A DNA stretch of 64,000 nucleotides from an uncultured Verrucomicrobiae bacterium (GCA_963764165.1 CAVXRD010000003.1:256001-320000); one strand, 5' to 3'. Shown: positions 30,344 through 40,981, counted from the first letter of the stretch. Notes: a model not told the origin generated them from the sequence alone. Made by a program: numbers and translations.

Positions 30344-31714
30344 TCACTTCGCGCCGATGGCCACCACGTGGCCTGCGGTGCGGACAAAAATGGTTCCGTC
30401 GGAAATTGCGGGAGTCGCCATGCAGACTTCGTCCATTTTGTTGGTGGCGAGGACGTTGAATTCGTTGCCCGGTTTTACGACGTAAATGGTCCCCTGCTCG
30501 CTCGCAAAATAAAGCTTCCCGGGCGACGCCACCGGCGATGACGTGAATCCGTCATCGCCAGAGCCAAGGCGCTCTTTGTAAATAGAATTGCCGGTGGCGG
30601 CGGCGAAACACGAGAGCACACCGGTTGTCTGGCAGGAATAAAGGTTGTCTCCGTAAATCAGCGGAGTCTCCATGTAAGAGGCGCCACGCGGCGTGCTCCA
30701 CGCGATTTCCGCGTTAGTCGCCGCCCCGTCCTTCAAGGATATGTCTCCGGTCGCGTTCTCGCGCACCGCGAAGATAGGACTGCGCGGCCCGTGGGCGCTC
30801 ATGATAAAAATCAACCCGTGCCACATGACCGGCGTTGGCACCGGGCAATCGCCGCCGCCGGCCAGGCGCCAAATCTCCTCGCCGGTGTTCAAATCGTAAC
30901 CGCCCATGTGCTTCCAGCCGTTGACCACCAATTGCGGCTTCGGTGCCGTCGTGCAGATGTTGGGCGTGCTCCACGTCCCGGTGTCGTCCCGTTTGGTGCG
31001 CCAAATTTCGCCGCCATTTTCAAGATTGAAGGCCGCGACAAAACCGTTGCTGACGATGTCGCATTGGACGAACAAACGATTATTATAAATGACAGGAGAG
31101 CTCGCGAAACCCCAGTCCAGCGACGACATCTCCGGCGCGGGATGATCGTTGTAAACAATAGGACTGGCCCGCAATTTGCCCAGATCTTTTTTCCACCGAA
31201 GATTGCCGTTGAGGTCGTAGCAATAAAGCCCCTCGGAGCCAAAGAACGCCACGAGGTTTGTTCCATCTGTCGCCATCGTGCAATTGGCGTGCGTGGCCTT
31301 TGGATGCCGCGCCACATTCGGCTTTCCTTCGTGGGCCGTCGCCTGCCACAGGATGCCGCCTGATTTCCGATTTAGGCAACACACCTTCCATTCTTGAATG
31401 TCATTGTCCTCGGCGGATTCGGGATCGCCATAGACGCCCACTTTGAGTGGAGCGGTCTTTGCTTTGTTGACAGCCGTCGTGACGAAGAGGCGATCACCCC
31501 AAATGATCGGACTCGAGTGCCCGAGCCCTGGAATCGCCGTTTTCCAAAGTATATTTTCGGATTTGGCGACGTTCCAAGTTGTTGGCGTTGGCGCCCCCTC
31601 AGCGATTCCATTGGCGCCCGACCCGCGAAAGGACGGCCAGTTCGTCTCCGAGGCTTCGGCAAGAGCAATTGAGAGAAGAAGGGCTGTGATGGAGATAACT
31701 TTCGAGTTTGGCAT
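30344..31714 (-). CDS. Secreted PQQ-like beta-propeller repeat protein
   Basis: Signal peptide, WPSFRG, repeated SSP/STP and G..W blades. Confidence 0.88.
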   Translation of the reverse strand: MPNSKVISITALLLSIALAEASETNWPSFRGSGANGIAEGAPTPTTWNVAKSENILWKTAIPGLGHSSPIIWGDRLFVTTAVNKAKTAPLKVGVYGDPESAEDNDIQEWKVCCLNRKSGGILWQATAHEGKPNVARHPKATHANCTMATDGTNLVAFFGSEGLYCYDLNGNLRWKKDLGKLRASPIVYNDHPAPEMSSLDWGFASSPVIYNNRLFVQCDIVSNGFVAAFNLENGGEIWRTKRDDTGTWSTPNICTTAPKPQLVVNGWKHMGGYDLNTGEEIWRLAGGGDCPVPTPVMWHGLIFIMSAHGPRSPIFAVRENATGDISLKDGAATNAEIAWSTPRGASYMETPLIYGDNLYSCQTTGVLSCFAAATGNSIYKERLGSGDDGFTSSPVASPGKLYFASEQGTIYVVKPGNEFNVLATNKMDEVCMATPAISDGTIFVRTAGHVVAIGAK

Positions 31715-31840
31715 AAACGACAGCGAAATACTGCTTGCGCTTGTCGCGAGATGCTCGCCGCGCCGCGCCGGAGATGTCAAGCCGCTTGTCAATTTCAGAT
31801 TCAACGGCATGATGACGGCCAATGTTTTCAGAGGCAATAT

Positions 31841-32197
31841 ATGGAGCCGTCCACCGCGCGATCTGAGTTCATAAAGCGCTGGATTCGCAAGGGTGTCACG
31901 ATGGCGCTCGTCACCGTTCTATTCGGATATTTCTACCAATGGGCGGCGCCCAAGGCATTCCCCTCGGCGCCACCACCGGGATTCGCGCTTGGCATGCTGC
32001 ATGGGGCGTTAATGCCAATTGCCCTGCCAAGCCTCGTCATGGGGAAAGACGTCCCGATATACTCAACCATCAACACCGGGAGATTATACAAAATTGGTTA
32101 CATTGCCGGGATCAACTTGTGCGGGCTGGTTTTCTTCGGGCCGTTGTTCTACAAGCCAGCGCCGAAAAAGCCGCGGCTTACATCCACCAGCTCGTGA
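31841..32197 (+). CDS. Small membrane protein
   Basis: Three hydrophobic segments; GMLHGALMP, YKIGY. Confidence 0.65.
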   Translation: MEPSTARSEFIKRWIRKGVTMALVTVLFGYFYQWAAPKAFPSAPPPGFALGMLHGALMPIALPSLVMGKDVPIYSTINTGRLYKIGYIAGINLCGLVFFGPLFYKPAPKKPRLTSTSS

Positions 32198-32930
32198 AAA
32201 TTTCAATCACGTTTAGCGGTCCGCCGATGTAGTAACCATTTCCAGCCATCGAGAATTGGCGATTTTTTTTGTCGTAGGCAATCAATGTTGGGCGAAGATG
32301 ATCGTTGGGATCGTAGGTTGCGAAGTTCCAACCATTCGCGGTTTCGGCAACGTCAAAAAAGCCCACCCCATGGTTGATGGTGATCTTCGGAAAATTCACG
32401 ATGTGCGCAATGGGTGCGGCGCCTGCTCCTATTTTTTCGACCAAGCCCGCCGCCGTCCGCTCCTGATGCTCGCGGGAAATTGGAAAGACCATCCGCCAAT
32501 GGCTTCGCAAGACGTAGGATTGCCAGGCCCCGCCGCACTCGGACTTCAACATGACTTCGTGCGCCGCGCTGAAGGCGGCCAGGCAATCGTAGCCCGGGAT
32601 GACAACGCGTTCCCCTGGTTTGGCGATAACGCGGGGATTGCGCGCCAGGACCTTTCGGGTCAGTTTGCGGTAGGTCTCCGCATCGGCACGCGGCGCCGCC
32701 GCATCAAACCGCGCATGATAAAAAAATTTCCGCGCGGCCTTCACGACGACGAAACAGTGGTGCGTATAGGATGGCTTGGGCACGCGCGGCTTGCAGATCA
32801 TTTTGCCCGTCTCGGGAGCAAATGTGTAATCCCATACCAGCTCGTTGGAGAAGGCAAACGTGTCGCGCCCGAAAACAAAGCGCTTTTCATTCGATACCGC
32901 GGCGGCCGTCGTCAATTCTGTTTCAATCAC
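32178..32930 (-). CDS. Hypothetical protein, possible papain-like Cys-His-Asp fold
   Basis: HHC, NH and YDPN motifs in order; start estimated. Confidence 0.6.
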   Translation of the reverse strand: MIETELTTAAAVSNEKRFVFGRDTFAFSNELVWDYTFAPETGKMICKPRVPKPSYTHHCFVVVKAARKFFYHARFDAAAPRADAETYRKLTRKVLARNPRVIAKPGERVVIPGYDCLAAFSAAHEVMLKSECGGAWQSYVLRSHWRMVFPISREHQERTAAGLVEKIGAGAAPIAHIVNFPKITINHGVGFFDVAETANGWNFATYDPNDHLRPTLIAYDKKNRQFSMAGNGYYIGGPLNVIEIFTSWWM

Positions 32931-33029
32931 GGTGCGACGATTACCTACCACACGCCGGTGATTTTGCAATCCGGGCGTTCGCAGCATTTGCCTTGCGCCA
33001 CCCGCGCGCCTCGCGTTAACAAGCTCCGA

Positions 33030-34292
33030 ATGCTTTATGAACGGTGGCGGCAAATGGCGGCAGCGCGCGCGGGCGAACTGGCGCTGCGAGATTGCGGCTC
33101 GGGCCGCCGCTGGACTTTTTCCGAACTGGCGGCGGAAGGTGAGCGGCAACCCGCCATTGAAGAATTCGCGCATCCCCAAGGCAACGGCCCTGAATTCGTA
33201 TTGACGGTTCTCGCCGGGTGGCGGGATCGCAAAATCGTCTGGCCGCTTGAACCCGGCTGCACTCCCGCCGCAATTCCGAAGCCTCCGTCCAATTGCGCGC
33301 ATCTGAAAACAACCTCGGGCACCACCGGCGAACCGCGCATGGCCGCGTTTACCGCGGAACAATTGGCGGCGGACGCGGACAACATCGTAACCACAATGGG
33401 ACTCAAGCCGGAACAACCGAACCTCGGCATCATCTCGCTGGCCCATTCCTACGGATTTTCCAATTTGGTCACGCCGCTTCTGCTGCACGGAATTCCTTTG
33501 ATCCTGGCGCCATCTGTTCTGCCCGAAGTGATACGAAAGGCGGCGGGTTCAGAAAAATGTTTGACGCTCGCGGCTGTTCCCGCGATGTGGCGTTCGTGGC
33601 ATGAAGTCGGCGCGATTCCGACCAGCGTTCGTCTCGCGATTTCGGCCGGAGCGCCATTGCCTCTGGCACTGGAACGGCAGATTTTCGAATCCTCAGGATT
33701 AAAGATTCACAACTTTTACGGCGCGTCGGAGTGCGGCGGAATTGCCTACGATGCGACCGAAATTCCGCGCGAAGACTCGGCTTGCGCCGGATCACCAATG
33801 AACAACGTCCGTCTTTCCCTCAATGATGAGGGCTGCATCCGCGTTCATAGCAACGCTGCGGGCGAAACTTATTGGCCAAATGTGAATCATGCTCTGGGCG
33901 GGGGCAAATTCGACACCTCGGATGTCGCGGAGCTTCGCAATGAATTGGTTTATCTGCGCGGACGCTTGGGCGACCAGATCAACGTGGCTGGCCGCAAGCT
34001 CTGGCCGGAAACAGTCGAGCGGGCCTTGCTAGCGCATCCAGGCGTCCGTGAATGCGTCGTCTTTGGCGCGCCTTCCACGCAAGAGGAGCGAACGGAGACT
34101 GTCATCGCCGTCGTATCAACAACGGCGGCGGAATCGGAGCTGAAGGCTTTTCTTTTGCAGACGCTGCCCCCGTGGCAGGTCCCGCGGGAATGGCGCTTCG
34201 TGCCTTCCCTGGCGGCTGGTTCTCGCGGAAAAATTTCACGGGCCGAATGGCGGCGGCGAATCTTGGAGGAATCCGCCTTTCCTGCCACTTAG
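33030..34292 (+). CDS. AMP-binding (adenylate-forming) acyl ligase, short form
   Basis: TTSGTTGEP, HSYG, SAGAPL, FYGASE, TSD, GR..DQINVAG, terminal GK. Confidence 0.92.
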   Translation: MLYERWRQMAAARAGELALRDCGSGRRWTFSELAAEGERQPAIEEFAHPQGNGPEFVLTVLAGWRDRKIVWPLEPGCTPAAIPKPPSNCAHLKTTSGTTGEPRMAAFTAEQLAADADNIVTTMGLKPEQPNLGIISLAHSYGFSNLVTPLLLHGIPLILAPSVLPEVIRKAAGSEKCLTLAAVPAMWRSWHEVGAIPTSVRLAISAGAPLPLALERQIFESSGLKIHNFYGASECGGIAYDATEIPREDSACAGSPMNNVRLSLNDEGCIRVHSNAAGETYWPNVNHALGGGKFDTSDVAELRNELVYLRGRLGDQINVAGRKLWPETVERALLAHPGVRECVVFGAPSTQEERTETVIAVVSTTAAESELKAFLLQTLPPWQVPREWRFVPSLAAGSRGKISRAEWRRRILEESAFPAT

Positions 34293-34429
34293 GGAAGCCG
34301 CCAAGGCATTTAAGAAATTAGTCCGTTCTTGATCTCGAAACACTCGCAAGAGCGCAAGAGGGCGGCTCAAGTGAGTTGCGAGCAGTTGCGAATTGCACAG
34401 ACGGGATTACCTTAGCAACGGAGGCATTT

Positions 34430-34663
34430 ATGGATGCATTTTGGTTTATTCCGTTATTGATCATAGTCGCAGTCGGCGTTCGCATGTTTTGCGCCTACAT
34501 CATGCGCCAGCCCCCCGCCACGCCTACTCCGCGCGTGCTTGTTGATACGACAACGGGCGAACCGGCGGTCAGTGGGACCGTCACATCGCAGAATTGGTCT
34601 GACCGTCCGTGCGGCAGTGTTTTGGAGTGGCGGGCGAAGAACGAGAGTTCGATCCAACAGTGA
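34430..34663 (+). CDS. Small single-TM hypothetical protein
   Basis: GGAGG RBS upstream of ATG; hydrophobic N-terminus. Confidence 0.6.
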   Translation: MDAFWFIPLLIIVAVGVRMFCAYIMRQPPATPTPRVLVDTTTGEPAVSGTVTSQNWSDRPCGSVLEWRAKNESSIQQ

Positions 34664-34704
34664 ACCGGCTAGCTGAACGGAGAATCTCCGTATAGCCTTG
34701 GCCG

Positions 34705-36237
34705 ATGAAGACAGAGCATAGGAACGCCGCGAAGGAAGCTTATAAAGCGCTGCGCCGAGTTCCGTGGCACGCCTTGTGGGAGCGCGAAGTTCAAGATTTC
34801 AACGCCTCCCCGGCGGATGCGCGCGTCAAACGCGCGGGGATAATCCGCGCGGTGGGTGTGGTGTTTTCCGAATCGGGGCCGCAAGAGGAGAAAGAAACCG
34901 TCCTTCAATGGCTGCGCGGCCTTCTCCATGATCCGTCCGAAAAAATCCGCCGCTACGCAATGGCGGCCATTCCTAAAATTGGCGCGACAGCCGAAGACGA
35001 GAACCGCCTGCTCGCCCAATTCAAAGACTCCACGGAAGAGCGGGAGAAGCGCCATTTGCACAAGGCGCTGGCGAAAATTGGCGGTGCGGCGGCCCTTGAG
35101 CAATCCGCGCTCGGCCCCGCCGAACAGAAAATAAAAGCCAAAATGACGCGGCAAACCGATCCCAGCACCCTTCGTTTTGGAGCGGTTCTGGAACAGTTCG
35201 CCGGGTTGCGCGTTCATTTGCGGGGCCGGCGCGGCTTGGAGCGCTTTGTGGCGGAAGAGGCGCGGGAGCATCGCAAATTTCGCGTGCTGGAAGTTCGGCC
35301 CGGGTGTGTTGTATTAACGCCCGCCGCTGCTTTTTCGATGGCGGATATTTACGCCATGCGCTGCTTTGGCTCGATTGGATTTTCACTGGGAATTGCCGTG
35401 GGGAAGAACGAAGCCGAAACCCTGCCCGGTCTCGCGGCGCTGATGACCTCGCCGTTTGCGTTGCGCTTATGGCGCGCCTTTACGGAGGGCGCGATTCGCT
35501 ATCGCATTGATTTCGCGGGAAAAGGACACCAACGCGCCGCCGTGGCGAAGCTGGCGGAATTGGTTTACGCGCGATGCGCGCAAATTCTTAATGACCCTCA
35601 AAAAGTAACTTGGACGGCGGACATTTACACGGTGCGCCAGGGGCAGCAGTTGGAATTGCGCCCCAACATCACTCCCGACCCGCGCTTCGCGTTCCGCCAA
35701 AAGGACGTGCCCGCCGCTTCGCATCCCCCGCTGGCCGCAAGTCTGGCCAGATTGGCGGGAAGAGCCGAAAAGGATGTCGTTTGGGATCCGTTCTGCGGCT
35801 CCGGGTTGGAATTGATCGAGCGCGCGCTTCTTGGCGGCGTGGAACGAATTATCGGCAGCGACTTAAGCTCCGAAGCGGTCGAGATCGCGCGGAATAATTT
35901 CGCAGCCGCAAAGACAGCGGTTCTCCACTATGAATTCATCCATTCCGATTTCCGCGACGCCGCGCTGGCTGCGCGCCTAAAGGCCGCCGGTGTCACATTA
36001 ATTGTGACCAATCCGCCGATGGGAATGCGCGTGCCGGTCGCTGATTTGCACCGCTTGATTGATGACATTTTCCGCGTTGCCGCCCGGGTCTTAAAGCCAG
36101 GCGGGCGGCTCGTGCTGGTGAACCCATCGAACAAGGCCATACCGCCTTCGTCGTTTAAACTAGAAGTCCGGCAGCCGGTGGATATGGGAGGCTTCGAGTG
36201 CGGAATCGAGAAATACACTCGTCTGGCGGCCCGCTAA
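34705..36237 (+). CDS. HEAT-like N-terminus fused to class I SAM-dependent amino-methyltransferase (RlmL/Trm14-like)
   Basis: LHDPSEKIRRYA..AI repeat; PPLAA, WDPFCGSG, TNPPMG, LKPGG. Confidence 0.8.
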   Translation: MKTEHRNAAKEAYKALRRVPWHALWEREVQDFNASPADARVKRAGIIRAVGVVFSESGPQEEKETVLQWLRGLLHDPSEKIRRYAMAAIPKIGATAEDENRLLAQFKDSTEEREKRHLHKALAKIGGAAALEQSALGPAEQKIKAKMTRQTDPSTLRFGAVLEQFAGLRVHLRGRRGLERFVAEEAREHRKFRVLEVRPGCVVLTPAAAFSMADIYAMRCFGSIGFSLGIAVGKNEAETLPGLAALMTSPFALRLWRAFTEGAIRYRIDFAGKGHQRAAVAKLAELVYARCAQILNDPQKVTWTADIYTVRQGQQLELRPNITPDPRFAFRQKDVPAASHPPLAASLARLAGRAEKDVVWDPFCGSGLELIERALLGGVERIIGSDLSSEAVEIARNNFAAAKTAVLHYEFIHSDFRDAALAARLKAAGVTLIVTNPPMGMRVPVADLHRLIDDIFRVAARVLKPGGRLVLVNPSNKAIPPSSFKLEVRQPVDMGGFECGIEKYTRLAAR

Positions 36238-36459
36238 CGATAGTAAAAATAACCGTTCTCGGCGCTGGCCTCAGCCCAAAAGCAGGCGCAAGCTCCGCCG
36301 AAGATCGTAATATCAGCAGTGACAGCAAGGGGTGTCAGCGCGATCTTGGCGGCTTTTCCTTACCCATCGCTTTAATTAGAAACCGTTCTAATGGCCCCGC
36401 AGCCAAATGCAATTGTGTTTTGGAAATGCGGATTTTTTGATTTTTTTTTGCGGTTTTTG

Positions 36460-36489
36460 TTGACAAATTGCCGCGAGTTTTATTAGTTT
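36460..36489 (+). promoter_or_regulatory. Candidate sigma70 promoter
   Basis: TTGACA-N18-TAGTTT preceded by a T-rich tract, upstream of 36558. Confidence 0.45.
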
Positions 36490-36557
36490 TGCTTTTTCGG
36501 AGGTGCCAGAAACCCCGGGAATTCAAACTAACTCCTGCGCTGCCAGCAACAAACAAT

Positions 36558-38309
36558 ATGAAAAACACGAAATTCATTGTCTGTGTTCTCTCCGGTATTC
36601 TCCTGTCGGGTTTCAGCGCCCTTGCGCACCCCTACGCGTCCGCCGTCACCAATAGCGGAGGCACGATCCAGTTTATTCTTAACGAACCGGCGACCTCTGT
36701 GACGGTCACGTTTAATAACGGCACAGTGACCAACAGCCTCGGCGCGCTGGCAAAAGGGTCCAACGGGTTTAGCCTGGGGTCTTACACGAATTACGCCATC
36801 ACCGTTTACAAGACGGGCTCCGGCGCCATCAGCCAGATTTCCTCCGACAGCAGCAACTCTCTGCAATTCATTGCCCCGCGCGGGGTGGGGGTGAACGTAA
36901 ATCCACAGCGCCCCACTTTCGGCCGCATCTATGTCTGCAGCGCCTGGCCTGCGGGAGTGCCGCAGGCTGACGGGCACACAATCGCTTCGGCCGGAAATGG
37001 CCGGACGGTGGGCAAAGGCATTTACTTGGTCAATCAGGATGGATCTGACGCCATTGGGCAAGGGACCAACGCGCTTCTCGGCGATATCTGGCTCGGCACG
37101 ACTCCCCGGTATTCGCCTTGGCGCGTGGCTGTGGGCTCGGACGACTCTGTCTATGTGGATGATCTGGCCGGCGAATATACGGCGGGACTTGCCAACACGG
37201 GCCTGTCCTACAGCCCTCCTGGCGGCGGCGTCTGGATGGCATCACCGGATTTTTCCTCCACCACCAACCTTTTCAATACAAACGCAGTGGGCAGCGTATA
37301 CAGCGGAGGCGTGGGTTTTTATGTGACTGGCTCGCTGGCGTCCAGCAATTTGGTGGTTACAGTTTCTGAGTGGGACTTGGTGGGCTCCACTATTGGCGGC
37401 TCATTCTTAACGCCCCCGGCTGTGTGGCAGTACGTTTATGACAGTGTGACCAATCCTATTCCGATTAACAACGCGCCCTTTGGTTTAATGACGGTCGGCC
37501 TTGGCATCAATGGTGTTCTCGGCGATTTGGCCGTCCACCCTCCCACGGGTTATATTTATGCCATGCAAGATCGCACCTCGCCGGCGGGCGATCCGGGCTC
37601 TGGAACGGGCGAAGCTAACAACAACAACGCCTCGCTTTATGTTTATGATTCCACCGGCGCAACCAATCTGTGGGAATCTGGCATCGGTGGAGCAAACGTG
37701 TTCCCTGCCTCCTACGGCATCGCTGTGTCCCCCGATGGCAATTGGTTTGCCGCCGCCGAAGGGTTTGGCGTCACCGTCCTCGCGCACATCACCAACGGCA
37801 TTCCTGACATTTCCACGCTGGTAACGAACAACGAGGACGCCGTCCTCAATACCTCCGCAACCCTGGCCAACGAGCGCCGCGGTTTGGTGTTCGATCTGGC
37901 GGACAATCTGATTACCAGCCTGCCGCAATACAACCTCAGCACCGGCGACGATAATCCCACTCCGTCTGCGCCAGCCGTGGTGCGCGAATATTCACTCGGA
38001 TATACTTCCATTGCCGTCACCAGCAATGACGCGACGGCCACCAACGGGTCGTTCAAGCTCACTCTTTTGCCGCCGCCTCCAACGGTCACCAGCGTGACGG
38101 AATCCGCCGGCACCGTGACGTTGACATGGACCTCTCCACTGAAGGGTGACACCATCGCGTCGTTCGCCGTCCAGAGCACCACTTCGCTAACCGGAGCATT
38201 TGCGAATGTCGCCGCGACCATCACACAGCCAGGGGGCGCAGGAACGGCGTTTCAAGCGACCGTGTCCGCGAGCGGCCCCGCGACGTTCTATCGGATTAAG
38301 CACTTGTAG
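36558..38309 (+). CDS. Secreted beta-rich protein with C-terminal FYR domain
   Basis: Signal peptide (SALA/HPYAS), S/T/N/G-rich body, poly-Pro linker, ends ATFYRIKHL. Confidence 0.8.
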   Translation: MKNTKFIVCVLSGILLSGFSALAHPYASAVTNSGGTIQFILNEPATSVTVTFNNGTVTNSLGALAKGSNGFSLGSYTNYAITVYKTGSGAISQISSDSSNSLQFIAPRGVGVNVNPQRPTFGRIYVCSAWPAGVPQADGHTIASAGNGRTVGKGIYLVNQDGSDAIGQGTNALLGDIWLGTTPRYSPWRVAVGSDDSVYVDDLAGEYTAGLANTGLSYSPPGGGVWMASPDFSSTTNLFNTNAVGSVYSGGVGFYVTGSLASSNLVVTVSEWDLVGSTIGGSFLTPPAVWQYVYDSVTNPIPINNAPFGLMTVGLGINGVLGDLAVHPPTGYIYAMQDRTSPAGDPGSGTGEANNNNASLYVYDSTGATNLWESGIGGANVFPASYGIAVSPDGNWFAAAEGFGVTVLAHITNGIPDISTLVTNNEDAVLNTSATLANERRGLVFDLADNLITSLPQYNLSTGDDNPTPSAPAVVREYSLGYTSIAVTSNDATATNGSFKLTLLPPPPTVTSVTESAGTVTLTWTSPLKGDTIASFAVQSTTSLTGAFANVAATITQPGGAGTAFQATVSASGPATFYRIKHL

Positions 38310-38323
38310 AAAATACCGTGGAT

Positions 38324-38362
38324 ATGGGGTTCCGGATTGGCCGGAACCCCATTTAATTCTTT
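38324..38362 (+). terminator. Intrinsic terminator-like hairpin
   Basis: ATGGGGTTCCGG-attgg-CCGGAACCCCAT followed by T-rich tract. Confidence 0.75.
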
Positions 38363-38395
38363 CAATAGCTGATTTAATCCAATACGTTAGCAGTC

Positions 38396-39271
38396 GTGCT
38401 TATGAAAGCTTCAGTTAGACGCGATGGCGGGCGCGGCGCGAACTTCGTCACAGTCGCTTTTACGCTTATTGAATTGCTGGTGGTCATTGCCATCATCGCC
38501 ATCCTGGCCGCGATGTTGTTGCCCGCCCTTGCGAGGGCAAAGGATCAGGCGATCCAAGCCCAATGCATCTCCAATAAAAAACAACTGGGGCTGGCGTGGA
38601 AACTTTACGCAGACGATTTTCATGATTACATGCTGCCCAACGCGCCGTTGACGTACAGCGCAAGCCTGATAGGCGATGTCTGGTGTCCATGCGCTAATGG
38701 AGGGGAAAACTGGCTGGCCTACCCTGACAACACCAATGTCGTGGCCTACCAGCAATCCCTTCTCGCGCCTTATCTGGTGAATCAACTCGCGCTCTTCAGG
38801 TGTCCCGGCGACAATATAAATTCGGCCAACGGCCAGCGGATTCGATCTATTTCCATGAACAGCCAGATGGGTTGGGTTTACGTGGACGGCAACAACGGCG
38901 CGCCCTCGGCGGCGAATTATGGCGCGCCATTGCAAATCTATATCAAGATCGCTGATTTGAGATGCCCCCCGCCCAGCATGGCCTTCATTTTTGCGGATGA
39001 AACAATGTTCACCATGGACGACGGTTATATGCAAATGTCTGGCACACCGGCGTTTCCGAATGCGCCGGCGCACTATCATTGTGGTGGCGCCGGCTTCTCC
39101 TTTGCTGACGGCCACGCGGAAGCCCACGCTTGGCGAGGGCCGGTGCTTCCGAATTTGCCTTATGCCTACGGCAAGAGTTCAGGAGGAAGCGACAACATCA
39201 CCACGGCCACCGACCCTGACTGGATTTGGCTTTTTCCTCGATCAGGCTGCGTGTCCAATTCACTTCCGTGA
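38396..39271 (+). CDS. Prepilin-type N-terminal cleavage/methylation protein with H-X9-DG motif
   Basis: [46 protein letters not shown]. Confidence 0.92.
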   Translation: MLMKASVRRDGGRGANFVTVAFTLIELLVVIAIIAILAAMLLPALARAKDQAIQAQCISNKKQLGLAWKLYADDFHDYMLPNAPLTYSASLIGDVWCPCANGGENWLAYPDNTNVVAYQQSLLAPYLVNQLALFRCPGDNINSANGQRIRSISMNSQMGWVYVDGNNGAPSAANYGAPLQIYIKIADLRCPPPSMAFIFADETMFTMDDGYMQMSGTPAFPNAPAHYHCGGAGFSFADGHAEAHAWRGPVLPNLPYAYGKSSGGSDNITTATDPDWIWLFPRSGCVSNSLP

Positions 39272-39464
39272 ACATGATGAAGTTTCGCTTGGCACATTAC
39301 CGAATACAATCGATTCTTGCCCGGCATTGATCAGTAGAACAGTTCAAACCAAGAAAGCCCTGCCGCACAACGGGGTGCGCGTCCATCGCCTTGAGGCGGA
39401 ATAACGAATATAAATCCTTGCCCCTTCGGCGCAGTCCGGTTAAGAAAGTCGCCGCCGAGAATTT

Positions 39465-40961
39465 ATGAAAACTCAGCTCCTGAACTGCATTGCGGCGTTA
39501 TTCAGTCTTCTGGCGATCGATTGTTATGCAACAGTTCGATTCGTCAGCATCAACAGCACCAACCCCGTCGCTCCTTTCACCAATTGGACCACTGCCGCAG
39601 TAAACATTCAGGACGCCATCGACGCCGCTGCTGCAGGGGACATTGTGCTCGTTACAAACGGAATCTACGCATCCGGCGGCGAGAAGATTTACGGGCTGAC
39701 GAACCGAGTTGCACTCGATAAAGCCTTGACCGTCACCAGCGTCAACGGCTGGTCCAATACGATTATTCAAGGAGCTTTTGATCCGGTTTCAACAAACGGT
39801 CCGGCGGCTGTGCGGTGCGCTTGGCTCGCCGACGGCGCCGTCCTCTATGGGTTCACTCTCGAAAATGGGGCCACCCTGAACACGGGCAACGTCTTGGAAT
39901 CGCAGAACGGGGGCGGCGTTTACTGTGAGTCCACCAACGCGCTGGTTTCCAATTGCCTCCTCACAAACAATGCCGCCTGTTCCAACGGAGGCGGCATCTA
40001 TTTCGGCACTTTGAAAAACAGCCTCGTTATCAGCAATTTCGCCACATTCGGCGGCGGCGCTTACAGCGCGGCGCTCTTCAATTGCACCGTGGTAAAGAAT
40101 TTCACTTGGGATACAGACACTTACCCTACCGGCGCTGGCGTCTGGAGCGGCTCCATCCGAAATTGCATTGTCCAGAATAATTCCGAAGCTATTTTTGGCG
40201 GGGGCTACGATGACATCTATATGGGAGGACAGCCTCAATCTTCGTTTACTTATTCGGACGTCGGCCAAGACCTTCTGGAAAATCTGACGGGGGTGGGGAA
40301 TATGGGCGCGGATGCCGATTTTCTCGACCAATTTCGCCTGTTGCCAACGTCACCCTGCCGCGGGACCGGAAGCGCGCTCTACGCGAGCGGCGTCGATTTC
40401 GAAGGCCAGGCATGGAGCAATAATCCGTCCATGGGATGCGACGAAGTGGTCGTCAGCAACCGGGTCGGCCCGCTATCTGTCGCTGTTTACGCCGTGCCGA
40501 ATCCGACCCGGTATGGCGTTCTCGCTTACGAGGGCGTAGTTTTCTTAGGATCAATTACTGGGTTGGTCAGTTCGCTTGAATGGAACTTTGGTGATGGCAC
40601 CATAATTACGAATGCAGACGACTCAGGGTATCATCAATGGACGGCCCCCGGCAGGTACACCGTCACGTTTACCGCCTACAACATCGATAATCCTAATGGA
40701 GTCTCTGCTTCCCTTGACATACAGGTGCTTCCGCTGGCGCCGGTCGAAATAACAAATCCCACAGTATCGAGCAACATGGTGCAGTTCGAATTCATCACGC
40801 AGACGAACGTGAGTTACACCGTCCAATATACCACAAATCTTACGCCGCCGGTCACGTGGGGCACCTTGGAAATTAATTCATTCAGCCAAGGTGGTTTGAC
40901 TCAGTTCCAAGACTTTCAAGCCACAAACGAAGCGCGCTTCTATCGCGTCGTTGTTCATTAG
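39465..40961 (+). CDS. Secreted beta-helix/PKD-domain protein with C-terminal FYR domain
   Basis: Signal peptide, IQDAIDAA, GGG repeats, WNFGDG (PKD), YTTNL..W..ARFYRV. Confidence 0.85.
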   Translation: MKTQLLNCIAALFSLLAIDCYATVRFVSINSTNPVAPFTNWTTAAVNIQDAIDAAAAGDIVLVTNGIYASGGEKIYGLTNRVALDKALTVTSVNGWSNTIIQGAFDPVSTNGPAAVRCAWLADGAVLYGFTLENGATLNTGNVLESQNGGGVYCESTNALVSNCLLTNNAACSNGGGIYFGTLKNSLVISNFATFGGGAYSAALFNCTVVKNFTWDTDTYPTGAGVWSGSIRNCIVQNNSEAIFGGGYDDIYMGGQPQSSFTYSDVGQDLLENLTGVGNMGADADFLDQFRLLPTSPCRGTGSALYASGVDFEGQAWSNNPSMGCDEVVVSNRVGPLSVAVYAVPNPTRYGVLAYEGVVFLGSITGLVSSLEWNFGDGTIITNADDSGYHQWTAPGRYTVTFTAYNIDNPNGVSASLDIQVLPLAPVEITNPTVSSNMVQFEFITQTNVSYTVQYTTNLTPPVTWGTLEINSFSQGGLTQFQDFQATNEARFYRVVVH

Positions 40962-40981
40962 CAGACAAGAATCCGTGTCAA

